Part shown: one piece after another, positions 55,293 through 63,699 of the stretch | Layout: each line of letters begins with the position of its first letter | Numbering within the stretch: position 1 is the first letter of the stretch | DNA from: a virus | DNA length: 64,000 nt | Virus record (IMG/VR): IMGVR_UViG_3300036791_001056 | Coordinates: 82,954-146,953 of that record | Reading direction: 5' to 3' (one strand) | Notes under the pieces: model-generated | What the model was told of the DNA's origin: nothing | The model's input: the letters and a program-made list of their open reading frames with translations, nothing else | Database searches by the model: none | Program-made: the position numbers and the translations under genes

Positions 55293-55353
55293 CTGGCTCT
55301 CTCCTCTCCACTTCCTTATTTAGTATTGACGGCGCGTCAGCGGGTGGTGCCTA

Positions 55354-55626
55354 TCACCATCCGTCCTTCCAGAACAGTGACCCGGCCTCATCGAGGCCAC
55401 CCAGCCACCGCGGCAGCCGGACGCGCGGCGCGGCGTAGCCAGCCAGCACCCACAGCGCGCTGAGCGTGGTAGGCGCCGTCCGCACCGCGGCGAGACCGCT
55501 CTCAGATGTCGAGCAGCCGCCTGACCACCTCCGGCGGACAGCCGGGGGGATCCGGCGGTACACCACGACCAGCGCGACCAGCGCGCGCTGAGTCACACTC
55601 ACCTTACGCACCACTTCACTCCTCAT
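55354..55626 (-). CDS. Hypothetical protein, weak YidD-like pattern
   Basis: LVVVYRRI.P...CS.S..GL.AV. Confidence 0.4.
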   Translation of the reverse strand: MRSEVVRKVSVTQRALVALVVVYRRIPPAVRRRWSGGCSTSESGLAAVRTAPTTLSALWVLAGYAAPRVRLPRWLGGLDEAGSLFWKDGW

Positions 55627-55767
55627 CTTCCTCAGTTCCCTGGTCAGCCACGCCCGCCAAGAGCTCAGCGGCGGCCAAGTCGTGAGCGCGCTGCATGTTC
55701 ATCGCGAACACCTCACTCAGCGAGTGCTTCTGGCCGCACCAGCAGCCAATGTGCCGGTGAAGTAGGC

Positions 55768-56184
55768 TCACGATGACTTTGACTCTGCTGAGCTGGCCGT
55801 TGTGACGATGTCATCCTGGCGCAGCACAGCGGAGATGTCGCGCTGATCACTCACTGAGAGCGTGGCAGTGATGTCACCCAGCGTCATGCCCATGTCGAAC
55901 TCACGCAGCAGCGTGACGATGGCCCGCAGCCTCAGCAGCGCCGAGCAGGTGCGCTCCCGCTCGGCGATCTGCCGGGCAGCCGCCTCGAAGCCCTTGCGGT
56001 AGCCGCGCTCCTCGGTGAAGATCTCAAGGACCACGAGAGCGTCCTCGACTGCCCGCTGCTCCGCGTGAACGAAGTCACGGTGCATGCTCCCGCCGTATCC
56101 CGAAGTAGCCTTGACGACGCGCTGGATCTCACTGTACGCGGCCACCGTCTCACGGCTCATGGTCCGCGTCACCTCTCGCGCCAC
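55768..56184 (-). CDS. Hypothetical protein
   Basis: GAGGAG RBS; -10 TGTGGTATAGT near 56341-56351. Confidence 0.55.
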   Translation of the reverse strand: MAREVTRTMSRETVAAYSEIQRVVKATSGYGGSMHRDFVHAEQRAVEDALVVLEIFTEERGYRKGFEAAARQIAERERTCSALLRLRAIVTLLREFDMGMTLGDITATLSVSDQRDISAVLRQDDIVTTASSAESKSS

Positions 56185-56366
56185 CTGCGTTCTCCTCTCT
56201 GCTCTGTTCCTGTTTTATTAGCGCGCCACTGAGCTGTGAGGCTCAGTGGCGCCAGAACGTTCTTGCTAACTCCACGGTCCCACGGTACATCCCTTCGCTC
56301 GGGAGTAAGAACTGCCACATTCAACTGCGTTCAAATAGTGACTATACCACACGCGCTGCCGGCTGG

Positions 56367-57050
56367 CTAGTCACCGGCGCTCGCTGGCGCTGATCGCGCG
56401 GCGGCCGCGTTCTTCAGCCCCTGCCGGTACTCACGCATCCGCCGCCGCTTACACTCCTTGCACTGGTAATCGACACCTGACGGGCGCTTGGTGTTCCGCC
56501 AGAAGGCGTCGCGCGGCAGGTCAGTCTTCTTACACGGCCCGCTGCAGCTGAACAGCTGTGCTATGAGGAAGCCCTGCTCATCGCGTGCTCCGTCCGGCGG
56601 CTCGGTCTCCAGCTGGCCGACAGGCACAGCCAGGGCGGCCACGACGTCACCGAGCGCCTCAGCCGGCACCTGACTCACGACAGCCGGCAGCACGGCGCCG
56701 CTCTGGCGGCGAGCGCTCACGACGGCCGCGGCGAGCGGCGCTGACGGCATGCTGGAGATGAGCTGCAGCTGCCGCCTGACCGCGGCGGACTGAGCCAGCG
56801 AGATGCCCGCTGCGGGCAGCGGGGCCTGCGGGGTCCCAGCCCACTGCGTGACTGCCCGCCGGCACCGGCTGTCGGTGTAAGCGTCGATGACGTGCATCAG
56901 CCGGGAGACGAATACCGGGTCGCAGTGCCATCCCAGCGTCTGCCACACCGCTGCTTCAACCGTCTCCCGGTTGACGACGGTACTGCCCGGCACCAAGTCG
57001 AGAGCCCGAGAGAGCAGGGGCCGCCTCGTTGATCGCATGATTAACGGCAA
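56367..57050 (-). CDS. Hypothetical protein with C-terminal zinc finger
   Basis: CSGPC...F...QCKECK. Confidence 0.6.
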   Translation of the reverse strand: MPLIMRSTRRPLLSRALDLVPGSTVVNRETVEAAVWQTLGWHCDPVFVSRLMHVIDAYTDSRCRRAVTQWAGTPQAPLPAAGISLAQSAAVRRQLQLISSMPSAPLAAAVVSARRQSGAVLPAVVSQVPAEALGDVVAALAVPVGQLETEPPDGARDEQGFLIAQLFSCSGPCKKTDLPRDAFWRNTKRPSGVDYQCKECKRRRMREYRQGLKNAAAARSAPASAGD

Positions 57051-57096
57051 CCTTTATCATCAGCGTGCTGAGTGATCAGCAGCTCTTTTTTAATTC

Positions 57097-57225
57097 GGTG
57101 ATCTGTGCTCTGCTGTGGTATTCTCGGACAGGCTTAGCTCAGCTTAACTACGCCATGCGGTGCTGCGGTATGCTAATCTTACAGGCTCAGCTTTACTGCG
57201 CCAGTGCCGGTTGCGGTGAGATCAG
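57097..57225 (-). ncRNA. Pentamer AGY-NN array downstream of the RAMP partner gene
   Basis: 17 in-register units at 57097-57181 (ggtga tctgt gctct gctgt ggtat tctcg gacag gctta gctca gctta actac gccat gcggt gctgc ggtat gctaa tctta), plus a shifted run. Confidence 0.8.
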
Positions 57226-57231
57226 AAGATG

Positions 57232-57789
57232 TCACCTGCCACGCGGCCAGGCTGGCTGTTTCACTGGCCGCTCGTACCGGCTCGTGATGACCTCGCCATC
57301 AACTGGCGCCGCCGGCTCAGCCTCTCCGAACAGCGCTGCCTCGATGCGCTCAATGCGGTCTTCAACCGCCGTCATCCGGCGGTGCAGGCCCACGATGATG
57401 GTCCGCGTCGCCATGAAGCGCTGGTACTCCGAGTCCGTCATGCCGGTCGTGTCACCGTGAGTCACGACCTCGAGGGCGCGGCCCATCTGCCGGTCGGCCC
57501 GCATCCGGTGACCCTGCGCCACCACGGCCAGCTCGCTCGGCTTGCCGACCCGGTAGCCCTGGCCGCGCGCCGCGATGAGGACGCGGCCGTAATCACGCAG
57601 CAGCAGTGGGCGAGCGGCGGTGACGGCGGCGCGGATGACGGTCTTGAGATCCGGGTCACCGCTGATGCCCAGGGACTGGGCGAGGTGCTCGAAGGTGAGC
57701 AGCTGGCCGAAGGCTGCCTCAGCGGCGATGCTGGCGATGATGGACCGCTGAGAGCGGTCTCCCTTAGGCTGGAATCGTGTCATGGTCAC
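57232..57789 (-). CDS. Winged-helix-like + coiled-coil protein in the RAMP operon
   Basis: LLTFEHLAQSLG...LIAARGQGYRV wing motif; flanked by arrays on both sides. Confidence 0.65.
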   Translation of the reverse strand: MTMTRFQPKGDRSQRSIIASIAAEAAFGQLLTFEHLAQSLGISGDPDLKTVIRAAVTAARPLLLRDYGRVLIAARGQGYRVGKPSELAVVAQGHRMRADRQMGRALEVVTHGDTTGMTDSEYQRFMATRTIIVGLHRRMTAVEDRIERIEAALFGEAEPAAPVDGEVITSRYERPVKQPAWPRGR

Positions 57790-57830
57790 TTCCTGTGTTC
57801 CTAACTCAGTTCCTGGTGTGATGCGCCGTA

Positions 57831-57970
57831 CCTGTACTGCGCTTTTCTGCGCTGAGCTTTACTCCACTTAGCTGATCTTATCTTAACCCTGCTGATCACA
57901 GCTAGGCTGTGCTCTGGTTAGCTCTGCTAAGCTACTGTGTGCTGATGCTTCGCCTACGCTTAGCTTAGTT
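57831..57970 (-). ncRNA. Pentamer AGY-NN array directly after the RAMP gene, 21 units in perfect register
   Basis: Minus strand AGC TT AGC AG AGC TA ACC AG AGC AC AGC CT AGC TG TGA TC AGC AG GGT TA AGA TA AGA TC AGC TA AGT GG AGT AA AGC TC AGC GC AGA AA AGC GC AGT AC AGG. Confidence 0.85.
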
Positions 57971-57976
57971 ATGTGA

Positions 57977-58600
57977 TCAGCTCGTGATCTTGGAGATCTC
58001 CGGCGTGAAGCGCCCGTAGCCAATGCGCCGGGCGTTGCACAGGCCCTGCCGGCCGGTGATCTCCATGATGGTGACGAAGTCGTCCCAGTTGATGGCGTCG
58101 AGCATGACGACCATCTCGGACCGCAGCGCCCAGTCGCGGAAGATCGGCCGGACCCGGACGCCCATCGACCTGGTCGCGGTGGTCGGAGTGAGGTTCACGA
58201 TGGTCTTGAACTGGAAGCGCGAGTCCTCCCAGAGTCCCTTGATGGTGCGCGGCCCATCGTACATGATGGGCAGCTCAGCCTGCACGAGCTGGACGGCGCC
58301 GCGCTCGATGGCCTTGCCGAGGCGCAGGGCCCGAGCTGCCTGCGTCATCGCGGCCATCACGCACTTCGCCGGGACGATCGGGATCCCGGCGCCGTCGGTG
58401 TACAGGCCCATCCGCCACTCCAGGGCGAACACCTGCTCCTGCTCGGCCTCGGTGAGCCCCTTCTTCTTAACGAGCGCGTCCTTGTCCTTCCGCAGCGGGT
58501 CGATCATCGCCTCGATGTTGTCGAGGACCAAGCCGCTCTCACCGGTGAAGACCACGTTGGCCCGGGTGAACCCCTCGAAGGTGGACGTTGCTGCTGGCAT
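57977..58600 (-). CDS. Stand-alone Cas7/RAMP-like protein (Vipr-like)
   Basis: First strand VVFTGESGLVL; PIVPAKCVMAAM (equivalent to the RAMP IPGSSIKG helix); RVRPIFRDW; C-terminal glycine loop GLCNARRIGYGRF. No cas1/cas2 or CRISPR array in the window. Confidence 0.75.
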   Translation of the reverse strand: MPAATSTFEGFTRANVVFTGESGLVLDNIEAMIDPLRKDKDALVKKKGLTEAEQEQVFALEWRMGLYTDGAGIPIVPAKCVMAAMTQAARALRLGKAIERGAVQLVQAELPIMYDGPRTIKGLWEDSRFQFKTIVNLTPTTATRSMGVRVRPIFRDWALRSEMVVMLDAINWDDFVTIMEITGRQGLCNARRIGYGRFTPEISKITS

Positions 58601-58628
58601 CTCTGCTCCATTCGCTGGTGTGCTGGGT

Positions 58629-58703
58629 GCTGAACTGAGCTGAGCTCAGCCGTTCTTCACTGAGCTTAGCTGGGCTAGGACATGCTCTGGCCTGCTGTGC
58701 TAG
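58629..58703 (-). ncRNA. Pentamer AGY-NN array forming the 5' leader of the RAMP gene, 15 units
   Basis: Plus strand gctga actga gctga gctca gccgt tcttc actga gctta gctgg gctag gacat gctct ggcct gctgt gctag. Confidence 0.8.
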
Positions 58704-58711
58704 CTGGACTC

Positions 58712-58720
58712 ACTATACCA
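58712..58720 (-). promoter_or_regulatory. Extended -10 promoter of the RAMP/array operon
   Basis: TGGTATAGT 8 nt before the first array unit; no clear -35. Confidence 0.6.
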
Positions 58721-58812
58721 TAGACAGAGGCAGATCACGCACAAACCGGCAGCCGCACCCATCAAAGGATGAGCGCGACTCAATTCTCTTGCATCATCAG
58801 CTGGCCGAGCGA

Positions 58813-59151
58813 TCACTCACCCAGCACCACCGCAATGTCGGTTTTCACCGCAGCGCGCTCAAAGTGCCGGCGCTGCCAGTCATCGCTGCCGGGCAGCTTC
58901 ATCCGCCACTCTACGATCCGGTACCAGCGCCGCAGCCGGCGCGCGTTCCGCTCGGCTGCTTCAACGATCTCACGGGTGATGAGCGTGTTGTCCCAGCGGT
59001 GCACGCCACCGGCGCAGCCACCGTCGCACCACACGTAGTGCAGCGCGTCGAGCTCCCGGTTCTTCCGCTCCAGGACCAGCTGCATCTGGCGGATCTGCGC
59101 GGCCTGGCGGCGGAGCTTCTCACGGAGCTGTGCTTCATCCACACACATCAT
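58813..59151 (-). CDS. Hypothetical protein
   Basis: GGAGG RBS; LDALHYVWCDGGC.GG.HR motif. Confidence 0.6.
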   Translation of the reverse strand: MMCVDEAQLREKLRRQAAQIRQMQLVLERKNRELDALHYVWCDGGCAGGVHRWDNTLITREIVEAAERNARRLRRWYRIVEWRMKLPGSDDWQRRHFERAAVKTDIAVVLGE

Positions 59152-59503
59152 AAGTATGCGCCTCCGGAATGTCACACACCGCAAACTTAGGTTTAGGCTT
59201 GGTGGCGAAGTGATCGCACAACGTGATGTCATCCCAGACTGCCTGGCGGCTCTTCTTCATTACCGGGCTAGCGCTGATGAGTGCGCGGATGGCTGTAAGA
59301 TCCTCGGCCGTCCACCGGTCGTCGGGTACCTCTCCCCTGATCGGGTACACCCAGCGGTGATGCTCACGCTCCGGCAAAGGGAACCAGCGCAGAATGTGCG
59401 CCATCATGCGATCATCGTCAACCTGGTCTGCGACCCTGTTTTGCATGTGGGTGTTCAAGTTGCTGAACCACGCCTCAATGAGCGCGTTATTTTTCTCACT
59501 CAC
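59135..59503 (-). CDS. Hypothetical protein
   Basis: Coupled to the BRO gene. Confidence 0.55.
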   Translation of the reverse strand: MSEKNNALIEAWFSNLNTHMQNRVADQVDDDRMMAHILRWFPLPEREHHRWVYPIRGEVPDDRWTAEDLTAIRALISASPVMKKSRQAVWDDITLCDHFATKPKPKFAVCDIPEAHTYDVCG

Positions 59504-60177
59504 GTGAGATCCTCGTTCACATTGATGCCGATGACTACGTGCTGCACCGGCACAGGAACACGCAGCTTAGCCCGCGAATCAGCGGTGAACAAGCTCTCCA
59601 CAGGCATGCCGAGCCAGCGAACTGCTCGGTGAGCTAGCCCGTCACTGACGCGCAAGTCACCGTAACACTGCTTGGCGTAGCTCGTGTTGACGAGCGGCAC
59701 ACCAGGTATGTCCAGCGCGTTCATGATCTCCTTGGCTCGCCGGGCCGGTACCTGACGATCGCGTATGACATCGAGGAACGGCTGCCGGCCGTACCGCTGG
59801 CGGTTACCCGGTGACACGGGCTTCTTGAACCCCTTTACCCGGTAATAACCGTTCTTACGCAGCTGGGGCAGCACCTCGGTATACATCATCCGCTGGAAAT
59901 CGATAGCTTTAGGCTTACGTGACTGGAACGTCAGCTGCCACATGCCCGGCTCACTGATCAAGATCATCTCACGTGCCCCGCTAGGAGTCTCGATCATCTT
60001 ACTGGTCTTGAACTCGTCCCAGACACGATCGTACGCGTCAGATGCAGAAGCGAACTCCAGGTAATCGCAGATGTCCTTCGCGATGAACCAAAGCTCACCA
60101 CTCTCATCGGTCGCGCGCCTCAGCGTGACGTACTGAAGTGGGAACATATCTGTGATGGGCTGCAGTGCTGTTGTCAT
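59500..60177 (-). CDS. BRO-N domain antirepressor-like protein
   Basis: WFIAKDICDYL...ISEPGMWQL...SRKPKA..FQ....EVLPQLRKNG.Y. Confidence 0.85.
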   Translation of the reverse strand: MTTALQPITDMFPLQYVTLRRATDESGELWFIAKDICDYLEFASASDAYDRVWDEFKTSKMIETPSGAREMILISEPGMWQLTFQSRKPKAIDFQRMMYTEVLPQLRKNGYYRVKGFKKPVSPGNRQRYGRQPFLDVIRDRQVPARRAKEIMNALDIPGVPLVNTSYAKQCYGDLRVSDGLAHRAVRWLGMPVESLFTADSRAKLRVPVPVQHVVIGINVNEDLT

Positions 60178-60183
60178 GCTGTG

Positions 60184-60213
60184 ATTTTATAGAAGCGAAA
60201 ACTTGACTGTCAA
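60184..60213 (-). promoter_or_regulatory. Promoter of the BRO gene, leaderless
   Basis: TTGACA-18 bp-TAAAAT, 6 nt before the ATG. Confidence 0.65.
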
Positions 60214-60251
60214 ATCCTGGGTGCTATCGACTTTAAGCTACTGGGAGCGAG

Positions 60252-61697
60252 TTACAAGATCACCAAGCACCGCCGCTTGGCCCGCGTTATGGCGGTGTAG
60301 AGCCACCGCGCTCGGTCCGGCCCGCCAGGACCGGCGCCGACCACCGCGACGTCGTTGGCCTGGCTGCCCTGCGCCTTGTGCGCCGTGAAGCAGTAGCCGT
60401 AGTCAAACGCGGCGCCGGAGCGCTCATCGGGCCGCAGGACGCGCCCGGCGCCGAGCTGCCCGAGGTCGATGCGCTTCATGACCTTGACTCCCGCGCCGGG
60501 CTCGGCGCCGTCGAGCTCGATGATGACGTCCGCGGTCTTCCGGCCCTGGCTGGTGACCTCGGCCACCGTTCCCACGATGCCGTTGAAGACCCGCTCCTGC
60601 CACCCGGCGGCGTGCCAGCGCCCGTCCCGGCGCTTCATGACGTCGCACTCGTAGGTTCCGAGGGCGGTGACTCGGTCACCGCCCGCGATGGGCGCCTGGC
60701 TCTGAGTGTGGGCGGCGTGGACCAGCTTGTTGATGTCAGCGCGCTTGGAGTTGGTCCAGGTGATGATGAGCGAGTCCGGCCCCGGCACCAGCCGGTCGGG
60801 AGCCAGGGCGTGGTAAGCGTCGGGCCGCGCGCTGCCGCTCATGACCACGGCGCCGGCGCCGTACCGCCCGATTGGCGTCATCCCGATGCTGCGGGCATGC
60901 AGCGCCATCGGGACGATCCCGGACGCCTCCGCCTGCCGGAAGTTCTCTTCCAAGACGATCTCCGGGCTCAGCATCCAGGGGCTGAGCGCGCCCTTGACGG
61001 GCGGCAGCTGGCCGTGATCTCCTACGAGGAGTACCGGCAGCCCGAAGCGCCGGATGTCCTGCACCTGCTCCTCGGTGACCATGCTCGCCTCATCAAGCAC
61101 CAGGAGGTCCCGGTGACCGCCGGCGAACAGCCTGGGTTCGAACTCCAGGTGAGACTCCACGCGGCAGCCAGGGGCTGGCTCCGGGCCCGCCGCAGCGGCA
61201 TCGAGGCGGCAGGCGCCGCAGCGGAAGCGGGGGCACTCGCACTCATCAGCCTCGAAGCCCCGGCCGCAAGCGCACTGCTGCTCCTGCGCCGTCTCTCCTG
61301 ACCTCAGGCAGGTGTGCCAGCCCTTAGGGCGGTACAGCAGCGAGTGATACGTGCCGCAGCGGGCCCGCTGCAGCTCATCAAGGTTCCGGCGCAGCACCCA
61401 GGCTGCCTTATTAGTCGGAGTGGCGAACGTGATGCGCTTGCCGAGCAGCCCGGCGAGGGAGGCGGCGAGCATGCTCTTGCCGGTCCCGGCCAGGCCGCCG
61501 AGGCTGAGCACCGGGTACTCCTGCCCGGCGCCGTGAGTGTGCGGCGCCTCATCGGCGTCCGGGTCCAGGCCGAGGCATACCGGGTCGGTGCAGTACCGGA
61601 CGGGCGGAGCGCTCTTCAGCCACTCAGCGATGCGGTCCACCGCGCTCTGCTGGCTGGCGCTGAGCGTGAACTCGGCCGCTGCCGCTAGTATGGTCAC
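60252..61697 (-). CDS. RecD/Dda-like SF1B helicase with Cys-rich insertions
   Basis: GLAGTGKS, TPTNKAA, LDEASM, VGDHGQLPPV, RQAE, TAHKAQGSQ, LYTAITRA. Confidence 0.9.
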   Translation of the reverse strand: MTILAAAAEFTLSASQQSAVDRIAEWLKSAPPVRYCTDPVCLGLDPDADEAPHTHGAGQEYPVLSLGGLAGTGKSMLAASLAGLLGKRITFATPTNKAAWVLRRNLDELQRARCGTYHSLLYRPKGWHTCLRSGETAQEQQCACGRGFEADECECPRFRCGACRLDAAAAGPEPAPGCRVESHLEFEPRLFAGGHRDLLVLDEASMVTEEQVQDIRRFGLPVLLVGDHGQLPPVKGALSPWMLSPEIVLEENFRQAEASGIVPMALHARSIGMTPIGRYGAGAVVMSGSARPDAYHALAPDRLVPGPDSLIITWTNSKRADINKLVHAAHTQSQAPIAGGDRVTALGTYECDVMKRRDGRWHAAGWQERVFNGIVGTVAEVTSQGRKTADVIIELDGAEPGAGVKVMKRIDLGQLGAGRVLRPDERSGAAFDYGYCFTAHKAQGSQANDVAVVGAGPGGPDRARWLYTAITRAKRRCLVIL

Positions 61698-61915
61698 GGC
61701 TGAGCCGGTATGCTGGTGCGGACCGGCACGAGCTGCCGGCTCGCCCACGGGATCTCGGCCTGGCTGAGGGAGTTGGGCTCGCTGCGGCGGATGATCACGT
61801 CGTGCGGCCCGTCCTGATGCCGCTCGACCCACCACTTGACGTTCTCGGAGATCACGCTGCCGTCAACGGCGGTGCGGTAGACTTCGGTGCCTACCGGCAG
61901 CAAGTCCAGGCTCAT
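61694..61915 (-). CDS. Hypothetical protein
   Basis: GAGGAG RBS; -10 TGTGGTAGACT upstream. Confidence 0.55.
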   Translation of the reverse strand: MSLDLLPVGTEVYRTAVDGSVISENVKWWVERHQDGPHDVIIRRSEPNSLSQAEIPWASRQLVPVRTSIPAQP

Positions 61916-62042
61916 GAATCTCTCCTCTGCTCCGTTCCTTGCTAGTAGTCTACCACACTAGTGATGCCGGGTCTAGCGAGAACCAGCACAGCAGCGATGT
62001 TGATCGTCACCGTGTGGCCCTGGCCACGTGGCCAGCGGCCCA

Positions 62043-62458
62043 TCAGCGCACCGTCTCACACACGACCAGCACACCGGCCCAGCGCAGGAACTCGGCGGGC
62101 GACTCGAGATGCATAATGCCCGGCAGGTAGTGGAACACGTGCTCTCGCGGCCCGACGATGACGAGAGTCTTGCCCAGCGCCTGCGCCATGCCGAACTCGG
62201 CGTGGCGGCCGCCCTGCCCAGCCCCGACGACGTGAAGCTGACCACGGCGTGCGCGGCCGTCAGGTCCTCGATGTCCTCGAGTGCCTGCTGAGCGAGGAAG
62301 TCAGGTGAGTCCCGGGGTGGGCCACCGGGCACGTCGCTGGTGTCTTCGTGACTCACCAGCCACCGAGACGTGACAGCGTGTCCCGCCGCCTGAAGCAGGT
62401 CAGAATACCTGCGGATCTCAGCTTGCCGCTGGAAGGCAGCAGCGAGGTACATGATCAT
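62043..62458 (-). pseudogene. Nucleoside 2-deoxyribosyltransferase-like protein, frameshifted near 62213
   Basis: MYLAA...VTSRWL...DIEDL...; restoring one G gives GGRHAEFGMAQALGK...GPREHVFH.LP. Confidence 0.7.
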
Positions 62459-63113
62459 TGAGCGCTCTCTTCCGGTGTCATCAGGCCAGTCTGCTTATCA
62501 TCAGTGCTGGGCTCCGAGACGGCGCGCTCCCACAGCACGACTAGATAGACCGCGGAGCCTCCGGTCAGCTCACGCTGGTGCCGGCCACCGGTCACGATCA
62601 TCGTCACCAGTTCCCAGTCATCACCGGGTGACTAGAGGGGCTGCGGCGCCGGGTTGTGACCGAGCCAGCTCGCTGAGACCCACGTGAGAACAGCGCTCGA
62701 TCACGCCTCGCTCCCATCTGCGTCTTTCATCGTCTCGTCATCTCGTGACCAGAGGATCACGATGAAGCTGTCACCGGTGGATGAGCCCATCGCCATCGAG
62801 GCGAGCTCCCAGCCAGCGCCCGCCGGCGGCTTCACCGGAGCGCTCGCCGTGCTGGGCACGGCCCGGATGCTGGTCAGGGTAACGCGGTACTCCATGTATC
62901 GACAATACCATCGAGCGACTGGTGCTGTCAGGTCACCGCCAGGACAAGGAGGTAGCTGCTGTCGATACCCTGGCGGCGGCCAGCAAGAGATCCGCAGCCG
63001 AGAGGCTGACCGTGATTACGAGCCGCGATGCTGCTGAGCTGGCAGGCTAGCCAGCAAGGCCTCAGGATGAACGCTGGCGGCGTACCCCGGCCTGCTGTTG
63101 GTAACCAGCTGGC

Positions 63114-63605
63114 TCACCCGGCACTAGTACTTCTCGACCCTTCCAAGGCATTACCCGGCAGTGACCAGGCGCTCAGCTCGATGGCCCGGAGAGCGAGCGC
63201 GTCCCAGTGCCAGTCGCTCATCTGCCGCTGGTGCCAGCCCGGCGCCAGCTCTCGCCACCGCGGGTTCGGCGTGAGTGACTCGGCGCGCTGCCGAGCTGCG
63301 GCATCAGCAGCGCACCGCCGAGCGGCCTCCTGCCGCAGCGGGATGATGCCCAGCACGCTCAGCGCCCCGACGTCAGCCGCTGTCGCACCGTGCTGGCCGA
63401 GCCACAGCGCTCTCCGAGCTTGACTGCGTGACCGGCGAGTGGCCCAGCCGGCCTGCACCTCAGCTCGGCGGTCACGGGGCGGCGTGCTGCGTGCTCTCCG
63501 AGCTGGCCGCGCCGCGGGCTGGCTGGCTCGGCGAGCCCTCAGCAGCGCCGTCATGGCCAGCCGGGCCTCGTGCCGCTCACGCCGCTCATCAGGAGAAAGT
63601 GCCAT
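63114..63605 (-). CDS. Arg/Ala-rich hypothetical protein, leaderless
   Basis: TATAGT 7 nt before the ATG. Confidence 0.5.
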   Translation of the reverse strand: MALSPDERRERHEARLAMTALLRARRASQPAARPARRARSTPPRDRRAEVQAGWATRRSRSQARRALWLGQHGATAADVGALSVLGIIPLRQEAARRCAADAAARQRAESLTPNPRWRELAPGWHQRQMSDWHWDALALRAIELSAWSLPGNALEGSRSTSAG

Positions 63606-63699
63606 GTCAACTACTATATCTCAGCTTTGTGCATCCACGGTGTGCTATGCCTCACTCACCAAAACAAGCAAAATATCATCATCTATCATCATTAACGAG

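Noticed and set aside
57097-58703. CRISPR array next to the Cas7-like gene
   Set aside because: There are no 25-40-bp direct repeats with spacers; the periodicity is 5 nt, and no other cas genes are present.
58629-58703. Apparent self-target of the leader guide (decoded DYGR-like string resembling the wHTH gene or the helicase)
   Set aside because: Only a few dinucleotides match. Any NN string translates into a plausible peptide, so this is not evidence.
62460-63110. tRNA or structured ncRNA in the gene-poor region
   Set aside because: No cloverleaf, T-loop or clear periodicity could be recognised by eye. No tRNA, rRNA or integrase was seen anywhere in the window.
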